40,318 nucleotides of DNA, taken from positions 1 to 40,318 of IMG/VR virus record IMGVR_UViG_3300008255_002541, one strand, 5' to 3'. Position numbers and translations under genes: made by a program. Origin of the DNA: a virus (Duplodnaviria; Caudoviricetes). The notes under the pieces were generated by a model. The model did no database searches, was not told the origin of the DNA, and saw only the letters and a program-made list of their open reading frames with translations. Positions 27,601 to 35,606 of the stretch are shown piece by piece. The first letter of the stretch is position 1; every line of letters begins with the position of its first letter.

Positions 27601-27812
27601 CCCGGTAAGTGATCGTAGCGATCCGTGCCACTGACGGTAGTAGGGCGATACGCCCACATGTACTTGCCGGTGGTCTTGGGATTCGTCGCACGGATGGTGC
27701 CCCAGTGACTCCCCGAAGAGAAATCATTGATGCGCTGGATAAACTCGTCGTTCGCGCCTGAAACCTCAATGCGCGCGTTCTTGTCGCTTTCATTCCAGAC
27801 TGTGTTCGTCAC
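24615..27812 (-). CDS. Tail fibre / receptor-binding protein with SPRY-like domains, coiled coil and a C-terminal beta domain (1065 aa)
   Basis: SPRY-like motifs IRAT..KTTGKY, FYPAAS and ANFG..F..PTGF; Ala-rich heptad region; GTGA coupling. Confidence 0.75.
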   Translation of the reverse strand: MTNTVWNESDKNARIEVSGANDEFIQRINDFSSGSHWGTIRATNPKTTGKYMWAYRPTTVSGTDRYDHLPGFADENQSIANEDWLGELAGGISNYKHNRNLLGNGVEQLAAVLSRGFGWTLHCIDIDNLLYWQSLLPTSGTCWEWRRDRCSQYLLHASTTGPRLYLNVIGYATGAWRTTRSTSRRKTGTGKITWQVIYTGSGGGQFRVGVAPVGNVSNDDGAQVGLGGNLGISYLASTGVVYCNGSSVATVSAASVSDVIQVVFNPDNGDFWVRTNTNNWNGSGTADPETDTNPLNMNSLGGGSAGPYEAIASIYDNSEITASFHVDDFTVSAPTGIPAWDDENHPIEWNNGTGDPGAGTGGVDISYMVGSDFYPAASLLRYPDVGEANFGAEAFPLPSGSFPTGFDSWDPGSNPAGEVDSLLRETMYELQSSTRGGLITGVKRATLVDGINSMRFARGARETLYTGYPVNYVRNVFEPVNMLGVPNYTIHNNVVKFLPVNLLGVPRFDIATTVVADSHIPRDPKEWIPYRPTIPYVPDVDNVFGTPEADAHMKTLQAQLREEHVRLHTGGTDQPWEYLEIMDDYQRYIPGSRGRFKHDDYGLLHAVYCQFEEMNGEALGGPVGYYYTNEDFAWKVTNDITKSSSVRGFGLLVQPWIPANGQYGWVLVEGTNLYPLSIKSGEVITPDQEVTWSADGEVSATVLGGSVGRHVIPENRDSGSGYGSAELVLFQQGSGTTALNAALEAGLASVTDAAGALSDAARADALAAVAVLQESQDAQDVSIAALNTRVTNLNATVASLTNVRTELLALIETNADDVSALSAAVDSLNTALAALTTALAETLTLITAGNADSAAALAAAVAAIDAQVAGVNASIASVANEVLAQRQMHPANLILPSAATIYSASGNLFDSGQVALASLGFFPDSDGAFSEALSFAADVKSVNANDTMFIRMEFYDTTPTLLETHDSPWVASDSWRDAALNGVAIPDDAVYVQLYVINYGEEDPDTEVPALNDGAYTRKIRANLGPYAAPFVVPAVAIHMPTTLGDDPPTFVTVDGELVYTQVSP

Positions 27813-29353
27813 GTATCAATCTCGAATCCGTGGGTTGCAGCGTTGTGCGCGGCTTCCAGCCAAGCTATGTCCCCGTCAGGATTCAGTGTCTGGAATGACC
27901 CAAGCCACGTGTAGCTGGTGCCGACGGTTTGAGCGGCGCGATCACCCTCGCTGACGGTTGCGTTGGAGTCCACCAGTAGATTGAACAAGCGAGTACCAGT
28001 GTCGCTCTTGCGCACCAACGCCTTCGTGCAGACCGTGAAGATTGTCTCCGGAATCAGTGTCAGCGGAGCCATTTCATACAGATTGCGGTCCGCAACGACC
28101 GCGCTGGAGACGTAGCCAAGGTCGCCATCGGGAGTCGTTTCGTTCACTGCCGCCCAACTATCGACGAAGGTGTCACCGACTCCGAACAGCATGAACGTGT
28201 TCTGATCCACAGCAGGCGCAATTGGCCCAGCAGCGGCGCCACTAACGTAGGTATTCGCGATGCTGTAGCCGATCGCCGACGCATCCTGCAACCAGAACGA
28301 GCGAGTCGTGTCGCTGTAGAAGCCGATGTAGTAGGTAGTGGCGGCGGTCAGCGCCTGTGGAGTCGCGAGGGGCAGCACCAACTGCGTGCTGGCTACACAG
28401 CCGACAACTTCCGTACCATCTGACAGGAGGTTCCAGCTGGAGTCGTAGACAACGGCCTTGAACTTCTGGGTGGGATCGGTGGCGGCGGGAGTAACCCGCA
28501 CCTCGTTCAGCGTCACAGCAACTTCGGGAGTCACCCGCTGCAGCGCCATTGTGTTGGCGGCGAGCGCGACTGCACCAGCCGAGGCCAACAGCGAGTAAGG
28601 GCTGCCAACGACAATGGAGTCCTTGATGAAGTCATCGTCCACCGTGTCTGCAGTCGGGAGCGTAGTCTCGACGAGTGGGTCGGTAGTGATGAGCGCAGAG
28701 ATTCCGGTCGCAGTGGTGTTCGCGAGCCACAGGTGATCTACGACCAAAGTCGCACCGCCACTCTGCGAAGCTGTGGCGACTGTGACGTCCGTGCAGTTGG
28801 CGTTGGCTGTGGATTGCGTGTCACCCGTACCATTGAGAATCTCGACGCCATTCAGCCAGATTGAGTAGGCACCAGCGTTGCCAATCTCAATGTCGAACGC
28901 GAGGCTGTTCTCCTGCCCGTCGAGAATCGAAGCGCCGCTGACTTCAACCAGCTCGCTGCTGTAGTCGTGAAAATCGCCACGAGTCAACGCGATCGTGCCA
29001 TTCCCCATGATGTTGATGCTGCACTGAATCGCGTTGCCGATCTGGTCGAAGAACTGAATCCCGCCCGAACCGTAAAGTCCGCCAGTGGCAGTGAAGAAGA
29101 AGCCGCCAATGAGGCGGGACTCGGGACCGTCAGGCAGCGTCTTTCGGATTCCCGCCTGCGAGAATTGGGACGTGTGCTGTAACTGCACAGCCTGCCCAAG
29201 CCCGGCGAGTCCCTCTACGACCGCAAGCGTTCCTGAGCCGGTTACGATAACATTGTTATACTCCTGCGCGAGGAGATCAGCGAGGGAGGGATAGGAGTCG
29301 TCTGTCAGGCCAATTGGGCCGTACTTGTCGAATCCGTCGATATGAAGTTCCAT
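27809..29353 (-). CDS. Tail-associated structural protein (514 aa)
   Basis: N-terminal IDGFDKY motif and lectin-like beta-rich composition; located in the tail cluster. Confidence 0.65.
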   Translation of the reverse strand: MELHIDGFDKYGPIGLTDDSYPSLADLLAQEYNNVIVTGSGTLAVVEGLAGLGQAVQLQHTSQFSQAGIRKTLPDGPESRLIGGFFFTATGGLYGSGGIQFFDQIGNAIQCSINIMGNGTIALTRGDFHDYSSELVEVSGASILDGQENSLAFDIEIGNAGAYSIWLNGVEILNGTGDTQSTANANCTDVTVATASQSGGATLVVDHLWLANTTATGISALITTDPLVETTLPTADTVDDDFIKDSIVVGSPYSLLASAGAVALAANTMALQRVTPEVAVTLNEVRVTPAATDPTQKFKAVVYDSSWNLLSDGTEVVGCVASTQLVLPLATPQALTAATTYYIGFYSDTTRSFWLQDASAIGYSIANTYVSGAAAGPIAPAVDQNTFMLFGVGDTFVDSWAAVNETTPDGDLGYVSSAVVADRNLYEMAPLTLIPETIFTVCTKALVRKSDTGTRLFNLLVDSNATVSEGDRAAQTVGTSYTWLGSFQTLNPDGDIAWLEAAHNAATHGFEIDT

Positions 29354-29362
29354 CTGACCCTC

Positions 29363-29788
29363 TTATTCTGGCGGAGCAGTACGGACGAATCGGAAGATTT
29401 CGCCTTCGCCGTCATTCCACTTGAGCAACTGTGGGGAGCCATCGCCTGTGATCGGAAGGTCCACAGACTGATCGTTGTAGAACATCAGGGGACTTGTGGC
29501 CTCGACGCCCGTATCCTCGTAGATGATCGCAGCGTGGGCAGTGCCTGTCAACGGAGTCAATACCAGGTTGTCCGCACGAAACACGCCGTTGTCCACGCGA
29601 AGGTTACTCAGGAGTCCGGGGTCCCCCACACGCGCCAACGCGGGAATATCAGCTAGGAATACATGAGTCGCATTGAACGTATACACAGTCGTGTCCACGA
29701 GTTGCACGTAGATATTCACGACCTCCGGGTTGTTTCCCGTCTTGCGCAGGCAGGATTCCGCGTAAGAATTATACGTTGACGCAGTCAT
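29363..29788 (-). CDS. Virion structural protein (141 aa)
   Basis: LVD..YT...H.FLADIP..ARV, GVF.AD, IIYEDTG..ATSPL and LP...G....W..G.IF pattern of a common phage virion family. Confidence 0.7.
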   Translation of the reverse strand: MTASTYNSYAESCLRKTGNNPEVVNIYVQLVDTTVYTFNATHVFLADIPALARVGDPGLLSNLRVDNGVFRADNLVLTPLTGTAHAAIIYEDTGVEATSPLMFYNDQSVDLPITGDGSPQLLKWNDGEGEIFRFVRTAPPE

Positions 29789-30090
29789 GTGGGCGCTCCC
29801 GGCTTGCGCTGTTGCTTCTGCCGCTCGTCGAGCAGAACCATTCCTTGCTCAAGATTATTGACCTTGTGCCGCATTTGTGTAGCGAGTTCCTTAAACTCAA
29901 TAAGGAGATCGCGCTGGCCCAATTCGATGCGATTGAGATCATCCCGCAGTTCTTCGCGTGGGATGTACAGACGATTCAAACTGGCGATATCCTTTTCAAC
30001 CGCCTGGACTCTCGTGTACAGCCAGCCCATTGCTGCGAGGAATCCGCCCGCGATGAACAGCAGCCACATCCATGATACTTCATCAGCCAT
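29785..30090 (-). CDS. Membrane-anchored coiled-coil protein (holin-like or i-spanin-like)
   Basis: Single N-terminal TM segment followed by a heptad-rich region. Confidence 0.6.
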   Translation of the reverse strand: MADEVSWMWLLFIAGGFLAAMGWLYTRVQAVEKDIASLNRLYIPREELRDDLNRIELGQRDLLIEFKELATQMRHKVNNLEQGMVLLDERQKQQRKPGAPT

Positions 30091-30094
30091 GCGC

Positions 30095-30817
30095 TTATGC
30101 CCCCAATGATTCGAACAGTTCCGCAGTCAGCAGAATCTCCCGCTGAGTTTGGAACATGGAATAGTGAGTTCGCGCGCGCTCAATGTCCTGCAACAGCTTG
30201 AACAGCTTCGCAAGGGCACCTTCGCAAATCAAGTCGCTGTAGTCGAACAAGCGCCAATGAGTTACAAGTGCGCGCGCAGCCGTGTTCGCGTCAGCGTCAG
30301 CGGTGTAATCAGCTCCGCCGGAACCCGTAAGGTCATAGTAAGTCCAGCCGTCGTCGGGGTCGTATGTGGCGGGCCGCGAACCTGCCGCGTAGTACGTGAA
30401 TCGCCGCGGGCGCGCATAGTACGCAACGCCGATGGACGCATCGATTCCGCCGTACCCCTTGAACGCGAACTGGTCGCCGGTACGGTAGTAGTAATAGTCC
30501 TTCCCCTTGAGGATACGCCCGGGGAGTAGATACTCAGGGTAAACGATTTCGCCGTTTTCGTCGTAGACGTCCTGATATGAGACAGTGCGCATCCGCTCGA
30601 AGCTGGCGGGTGGCGTCCACAGATACTGTGACTCAACATCCGCTGTGAGTTCATCTTCGACAAGATCGCGAGCATAGTAAACGATCTTGCCTTCGGGCGA
30701 CGCACCAACCTCACGCAGCGTTTGATTCGCGAACGCGACTAAGTCGGCCTGACGGTCAGACCGCAAGGCACGCGCTACGAGCGTATCAATCAACTGGCTG
30801 AAGGTTTCTTGTGCCAT
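30095..30817 (-). CDS. Head-tail adaptor (tail tubular A-like)
   Basis: Position downstream of the capsid gene; T.SQLID...R.D N-terminus and D..CEGAL..LF C-terminal helix typical of adaptors. Confidence 0.7.
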   Translation of the reverse strand: MAQETFSQLIDTLVARALRSDRQADLVAFANQTLREVGASPEGKIVYYARDLVEDELTADVESQYLWTPPASFERMRTVSYQDVYDENGEIVYPEYLLPGRILKGKDYYYYRTGDQFAFKGYGGIDASIGVAYYARPRRFTYYAAGSRPATYDPDDGWTYYDLTGSGGADYTADADANTAARALVTHWRLFDYSDLICEGALAKLFKLLQDIERARTHYSMFQTQREILLTAELFESLGA

Positions 30818-30843
30818 CTGGACTCACTTCCAAAATAGGTGGA

Positions 30844-30878
30844 GGGCGGTGGCGAAACGGGAAGAAACTCCACCGCCC
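30844..30878 (-). terminator. Intergenic stem-loop
   Basis: GGGCGGTGG / CCACCGCCC 9-bp perfect inverted repeat. Confidence 0.5.
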
Positions 30879-30892
30879 CCAAGTCAAGGAGC

Positions 30893-31258
30893 CTACGACT
30901 CGTTGGAGCCTGACTTCTCGGCCTCGATTGACGGCGACGTGATCTGATTCTTTAGCGCCTTCAGGGCGACAGCGGCGGGATCAGCCGCCTGCACACCGTG
31001 CGTCGAAGTCATACCACCGCGCTGCGACGTGGGATTCGTCAGCTCCCGAATGGCTTCTTCAGCCGCCTTCGGGTCGATTGTCTTGATGAGTGCCCGGTCT
31101 TGCACAGAAAGGGTCTCAAGAAGTTCCTGAAACTTCGCGTCCTCGGCAGCGTCTTTCGGCTGATAGATTCCTTTGCGGAACTCGACGCGATTCACACCGC
31201 GGCGACCGAGGTTCATATTCTGCTGAGGCAGGCACGTATACGAACGATTGAAACTCAT
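30893..31258 (-). CDS. Hypothetical protein downstream of the capsid gene (121 aa)
   Basis: ATG 31258 lies 7 nt after GGGAG; the longer track start lies inside a hairpin. Confidence 0.7.
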   Translation of the reverse strand: MSFNRSYTCLPQQNMNLGRRGVNRVEFRKGIYQPKDAAEDAKFQELLETLSVQDRALIKTIDPKAAEEAIRELTNPTSQRGGMTSTHGVQAADPAAVALKALKNQITSPSIEAEKSGSNES

Positions 31259-31279
31259 CTTCATTCTCCCTGGTGAGTT

Positions 31280-31356
31280 GTGAGGGGCGGGACCGCCAAG
31301 GGAGACCACCCCCGCCCCTCACGTTGCTCCTACGGTTTTGCGCGTGACCGTAGAGA
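31280..31356 (-). terminator. Two tandem stem-loops after the major capsid gene
   Basis: CTACGGT/ACCGTAG (31330-31353) and a 12-bp perfect stem GTGAGGGGCGGG/CCCGCCCCTCAC (31280-31322). Confidence 0.65.
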
Positions 31357-31361
31357 GTCAG

Positions 31362-32624
31362 TTAGACCGCAGCCGGTGCCAGCGTGTAGCTGTGCTCGGC
31401 AACGTCGAGACTCGTCGCGATTCCGTGAACGGCGCCGACAACGACCTGCAAGCCGACTTCCGTGGTCAGCACGCCGTGATCCGCGTCACTGCCGTCGATA
31501 CGCGCACCGTCACGATCGTACGACTCGTCGATGGTCCGGCGCAGGTAGCGGGTCTTGATGGCGCCGGGATGAATCGCGTAGAGATCGTACGTCAGGACTG
31601 GATGCTCGTTGAACAGCGGATGAGTGATCAGCTTCAGCGTGCCGAACGGCGAGATGATCTTGGAGAAGTTCAGGCCGAAATCAGTCTCGCCTGTGGAAAT
31701 CTCCATGACTCCGTCCATCGCCGCCATGTTGTTCAGCGTCTCGAGAGCGCCCGAGCCGGTGAACGAGATTCGCTCATTCGGCTTGCCCTTGATGTTGTTC
31801 GCGAACACGTCCTTGAGGAACGACCGGAAATCGGCCATGTTCACAATGGTGTTCGTCTCAACGACGCCGCCATGGTTGCGAATCTGCGCGTCGAGGCCGT
31901 CGGTCAGCGTGAAGCGTTTGCTGTTGACGAGTCCGATGTGCTTCTTGCCCCACCAGAACGCGCGCTCCATATCTTCCGCGTGATACATGCCGCAGTCGGC
32001 CTTGTTCTTCGCGACCTGTGAGCCGGTGTGGAACTTGATGGCCTTCAGCGTGCCGGAGTAACTCCAAGCGTTGCGGAAAATCTGCACGTAGTTGGAACGG
32101 CTGGCGCCCTGATTCACCACGGCCGACGGGATGCCGGTCATGCCTTCTTCGAACGCGTTGCCGACGCGGTAGAGGTATTCGGATGAGGCCTGATTCGCAG
32201 CGGTGGTGCTGGCCATGGCGCGGACGACGGTGCAGGTGTTGCCGCTGACGGCAGTCACGTATACCAGTTCGCCCGAGGACTCATGCTTCAGCACGGTGCC
32301 GGGAACAACGGACGAGGCGTCGTCGAGAATCAGCGACGTACCGCCGGTGCCGGGGGAGTTGGTGAGCGCGTAACGCCCCAACGTGCGGGCTTCCTCGAAC
32401 CAGTTGAAGGCCGTGTCCATCGCGGACTCGGACTGCATACCGGCCGTGAGTCCGAACAGCGGCGCGTTGCCGTCGGGGTAGACCTGCAGGATGGTGCTTG
32501 CGAAGTCGCCGGTACGTGTGCCAACGATTCCCTGATCAGACGTGTAAAGGCCGGGCACCGCGTAGCAGATGCTTTTCGCGAGGCGGTCAGCCACAAAGTT
32601 TTCAGCAGTGCTGAATCCGTTCAT
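31362..32624 (-). CDS. Major capsid protein (DUF5309/SU10-like, HK97 fold)
   Basis: APLF..L, FNWFEE, VGNAFEEG, NYVQIFR, EDMERAFWWG and TPFG-like SPFG motifs. Strong RBS AAGGAG; follows the scaffold gene. Confidence 0.92.
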   Translation of the reverse strand: MNGFSTAENFVADRLAKSICYAVPGLYTSDQGIVGTRTGDFASTILQVYPDGNAPLFGLTAGMQSESAMDTAFNWFEEARTLGRYALTNSPGTGGTSLILDDASSVVPGTVLKHESSGELVYVTAVSGNTCTVVRAMASTTAANQASSEYLYRVGNAFEEGMTGIPSAVVNQGASRSNYVQIFRNAWSYSGTLKAIKFHTGSQVAKNKADCGMYHAEDMERAFWWGKKHIGLVNSKRFTLTDGLDAQIRNHGGVVETNTIVNMADFRSFLKDVFANNIKGKPNERISFTGSGALETLNNMAAMDGVMEISTGETDFGLNFSKIISPFGTLKLITHPLFNEHPVLTYDLYAIHPGAIKTRYLRRTIDESYDRDGARIDGSDADHGVLTTEVGLQVVVGAVHGIATSLDVAEHSYTLAPAAV

Positions 32625-32666
32625 GTGTCGCTCCTTGTGTAGCTGGCGCCTCGCGTCAGCGTTGGG

Positions 32667-33434
32667 TTATTTGAGTCCGAAGTAGTCAGACCAGTCAGTG
32701 TGGTTGGCGTTTCTGCTGCCGCCCGCAAAGTTGGGATTCAGGTCGCCACCATCTTCCGGAAAAACGGCGCCGCCTGCTTCGCGGGCCAGATTCCTGATGT
32801 ACGCCTGAGTCACTTCCACGGCCTTTTCCTTCGATCCGTGCTTCTTCATCGCCTGCGTGAACACCTGCGAGATGACAGGGGCCAGTACAGGATTCGCAGC
32901 TTGTGGGATTTTCTGAACCAGATACTGCTGCTGTTCGCGATTGTTCAGCGTCGTACCAACGTCGTTCTGAAACTGCTGAGCCATTTCTGCCTTCAGCTGC
33001 TTGAACATGTGTCCCACAACCGTCAGATTCGCCCGGAAAGATTCCCGGAGGAGGCCGTTGATCTGCTGGTTGAATCCATCGATGTTGCCATCGGCGAGTT
33101 CCTGCATGGTCTCCGGCTTCATGGCGACTCCGAAGTCGAGCGTTTTGATTGCTTCATCAAACTGCGCGACAGGATTCGCCTGAGTCTCTGACGTCGTACT
33201 TTCAGCCGGAGGAGTCCCAGACGCTTTGGTTTCCTCCGGCTCGACCCAAAGATTACCAAGATCGAGGGGGTCTTGTCCAGCGTTATTATCCACACCGCCC
33301 GGATTCCCCGCGGAATTGTTGCCTCCCTGCGCAGGAGGAGTCCCGGTGTTACCGCCGCCGCTACCGCCGCCAGCGCCTTCATCCGGCGGGCTGCGGTAGA
33401 TACGCTGCATGAGTGACTTATTCCGAATCAGCAT
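32667..33434 (-). CDS. Capsid scaffolding protein
   Basis: Between portal and capsid; Gly/Pro/acidic low-complexity N-terminus and a helical Gln-rich core. Confidence 0.75.
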   Translation of the reverse strand: MLIRNKSLMQRIYRSPPDEGAGGGSGGGNTGTPPAQGGNNSAGNPGGVDNNAGQDPLDLGNLWVEPEETKASGTPPAESTTSETQANPVAQFDEAIKTLDFGVAMKPETMQELADGNIDGFNQQINGLLRESFRANLTVVGHMFKQLKAEMAQQFQNDVGTTLNNREQQQYLVQKIPQAANPVLAPVISQVFTQAMKKHGSKEKAVEVTQAYIRNLAREAGGAVFPEDGGDLNPNFAGGSRNANHTDWSDYFGLK

Positions 33435-33666
33435 AGTTCAGGTCTCCTGTGAACTTAACGAGTTGTTGCCAATGGGCCAGTGCGGTGAGTATCTGACGCG
33501 CATGGGCGGCCAGGTTCTCTGACTCAGGATCTAGGCCCTGAAGTTCTTGAGTCAGAAGATTGATATTGAGTTCCGCGAACGCAAGGATGGCACCCTTTGC
33601 CTGTATGAGTCCGTGGACCATGACCGCGTCAATGGCGTTTTCAGCGGTCGGGTGGATGAGATTCAT
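33418..33666 (-). CDS. Small head-module protein (82 aa)
   Basis: Fills the portal-scaffold gap with tight spacing; helical composition. Confidence 0.7.
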   Translation of the reverse strand: MNLIHPTAENAIDAVMVHGLIQAKGAILAFAELNINLLTQELQGLDPESENLAAHARQILTALAHWQQLVKFTGDLNYADSE

Positions 33667-33668
33667 AG

Positions 33669-35606
33669 CTACGCTCCTGCGGGAGGCGCTTCTCCGCCCT
33701 GTCCCTGCGCTGCCGCCGCGCCCTCAGCAAGCTGCTGTTGCTGTTCAGGAGTCCGCCGGAACTGCGACAGGTCAACGTCGATATCAAGATGCTCGCCAAT
33801 GGAATCAAGCATGCCGAGCACGTCAATTTCGCCGAGGGCTTCCCGCGACTGAATGACGCGATCGAGGATGTTCATCATGAACGTCGCCGCTTGCTGCCGG
33901 TCCAGCGTCTTGAGTCCCTGGCCGATCATGTAGGACAAGTCGACCGAGTTCAGCGACTTCGGGTCGAATTCGACTTGCTGCCCTGTGTCGTTGTCAGTGA
34001 ACTCCACCGACGGCATGAACTGCTGGATGTTTTGAACCATATGACGCCGCGCGGGCTTGTAGGCTTGCTCGTCGATGAGTCGTGCCAGCTTCTGCTTGCG
34101 TCCGTTGGCGCCTTGCAGCACGGCCTGGACTTGATCGGTGACAGCGCGGTCAATTGACGCAATCTGTGCCGGGTTGCCCTGTACAGGGAAGAACTTCTCC
34201 TGCACCTCAAGAACCGTAGCAATGTCCTGAATGTTCTGCTTCGTGTCGAGATAGTTGTTGTCGTGATACACATGCTTGCGAATGTCGTCATCCATGCCGA
34301 GCATGTTTACAGGGATTCGCGCCACAACTTCGCCGTCAGGAATGGATTCGAGATCCACCTTCGACTTGTTGTAGTAGGTAATGCCCCAAAGATTCTTGCG
34401 CACCGCCTTCTTGTGCGTGTTCATGAGGAAGCTGGCGAACACCTGGAATGGGTCCATCAGTTCGCCCATGGACTTCAGGATTCCTGCGGAGTCCGGGTAG
34501 GGATTCGCGACGTAGACAGGAAGTTCCTGATGCAGGTTGACTTGCCGCGCAGCCGCCACGATGTACTTGTCGTTGCAGATGACGATTCGCCAGACTTCCA
34601 AGCCGTCGCGTGTTTTGTCATTTTGCGGCGCGAGTCCGAACATTTTCGGTGTGATGTGAATGTACATCGTGACAAATTCCAGCTGGCGCTGAGTCTCGGC
34701 CGGAGCGCCGCTGGCGCCGAGGTAATTCCGCCAGTAGTTTTGCCCGCCCGGCAGCGCGTTGCCTGCGATATCGTTGATGGAGATTCCGATCTCGCTGATG
34801 GGGTCACGATACCAGACGCACTGCGTGTTTGCATGCGATGCTTCCTTCAGCGCGGCGTCCATGTTGTAGATGATTCCCTGCTGATGCAGGCGCTGCGAGG
34901 TGAACAGATTCTTGAGTTCCGCGAACGCGAAGAACTCGCCGTTGCTGTAGCACTTGGTTCCGGGGACAGACGGGTCAAGGAACAAGTTGTACATGTCCAA
35001 TGACTGCATCTCGTTGCCCGCCCAAACGACTTCGGTGCCGATTTCCGCCTTCCCGTTTGCAGCCTGCGTGATTGTGTTCTGAGTCATTTCCTTCCAGCGG
35101 GTCGTGAAGGCCGCCATGTTGTACTTTAGCGAGTCCATGAGGTGCTTGTGTGTTTCCTCATAGTAGCCGAACACGCCAGCGGAGCGATTCATCACTTCCG
35201 TGAAGCCCGTCACCAACGCTTCCTTCTGCCGCTGTCTGCCGATGCCGTGGAAGAATCCGCTCTGCGGTGCGAACACTTGCAGGAAGAACGTCACGGCGTC
35301 ATCGAGCGTCAGCAGAGTCAGCGGGAGATTGCTGTCCTGCGCGATGGGCTTCCCGGTGCGGTTACGCTTGCGCTCCGCCTTGCGCTCTTCTTCGTTCTCG
35401 AGAATCCAACCCGCGATGTTTCGGTCGATTTTGGCAATTCGACCGATGCGAGCATCACGATCAGGCTTGGCCGATTCCAGCCGCTGCTTGATGTATCGCA
35501 GCAGCTTGTCGTGATTCATCACGTTCCGCGCAGGATGCCCCGGAGGGAAATCGCGGGCGCGCGCAAGGGTGGGGAGGTCGGGAATCATCAAGGGTTCGTC
35601 ACGCAT
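33669..35606 (-). CDS. Portal protein (645 aa)
   Basis: Directly after terL; LDMYNLFLDPS motif and a Gln-rich C-terminal tail typical of podovirus portals; RBS GGAG. Confidence 0.88.
   Translation of the reverse strand: MRDEPLMIPDLPTLARARDFPPGHPARNVMNHDKLLRYIKQRLESAKPDRDARIGRIAKIDRNIAGWILENEEERKAERKRNRTGKPIAQDSNLPLTLLTLDDAVTFFLQVFAPQSGFFHGIGRQRQKEALVTGFTEVMNRSAGVFGYYEETHKHLMDSLKYNMAAFTTRWKEMTQNTITQAANGKAEIGTEVVWAGNEMQSLDMYNLFLDPSVPGTKCYSNGEFFAFAELKNLFTSQRLHQQGIIYNMDAALKEASHANTQCVWYRDPISEIGISINDIAGNALPGGQNYWRNYLGASGAPAETQRQLEFVTMYIHITPKMFGLAPQNDKTRDGLEVWRIVICNDKYIVAAARQVNLHQELPVYVANPYPDSAGILKSMGELMDPFQVFASFLMNTHKKAVRKNLWGITYYNKSKVDLESIPDGEVVARIPVNMLGMDDDIRKHVYHDNNYLDTKQNIQDIATVLEVQEKFFPVQGNPAQIASIDRAVTDQVQAVLQGANGRKQKLARLIDEQAYKPARRHMVQNIQQFMPSVEFTDNDTGQQVEFDPKSLNSVDLSYMIGQGLKTLDRQQAATFMMNILDRVIQSREALGEIDVLGMLDSIGEHLDIDVDLSQFRRTPEQQQQLAEGAAAAQGQGGEAPPAGA

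Noticed and set aside
29785-30090. Embedded Rz1 inside the TM coiled-coil gene
   Set aside because: The out-of-frame ATG ORF I checked is short and has no hydrophobic signal or lipobox.
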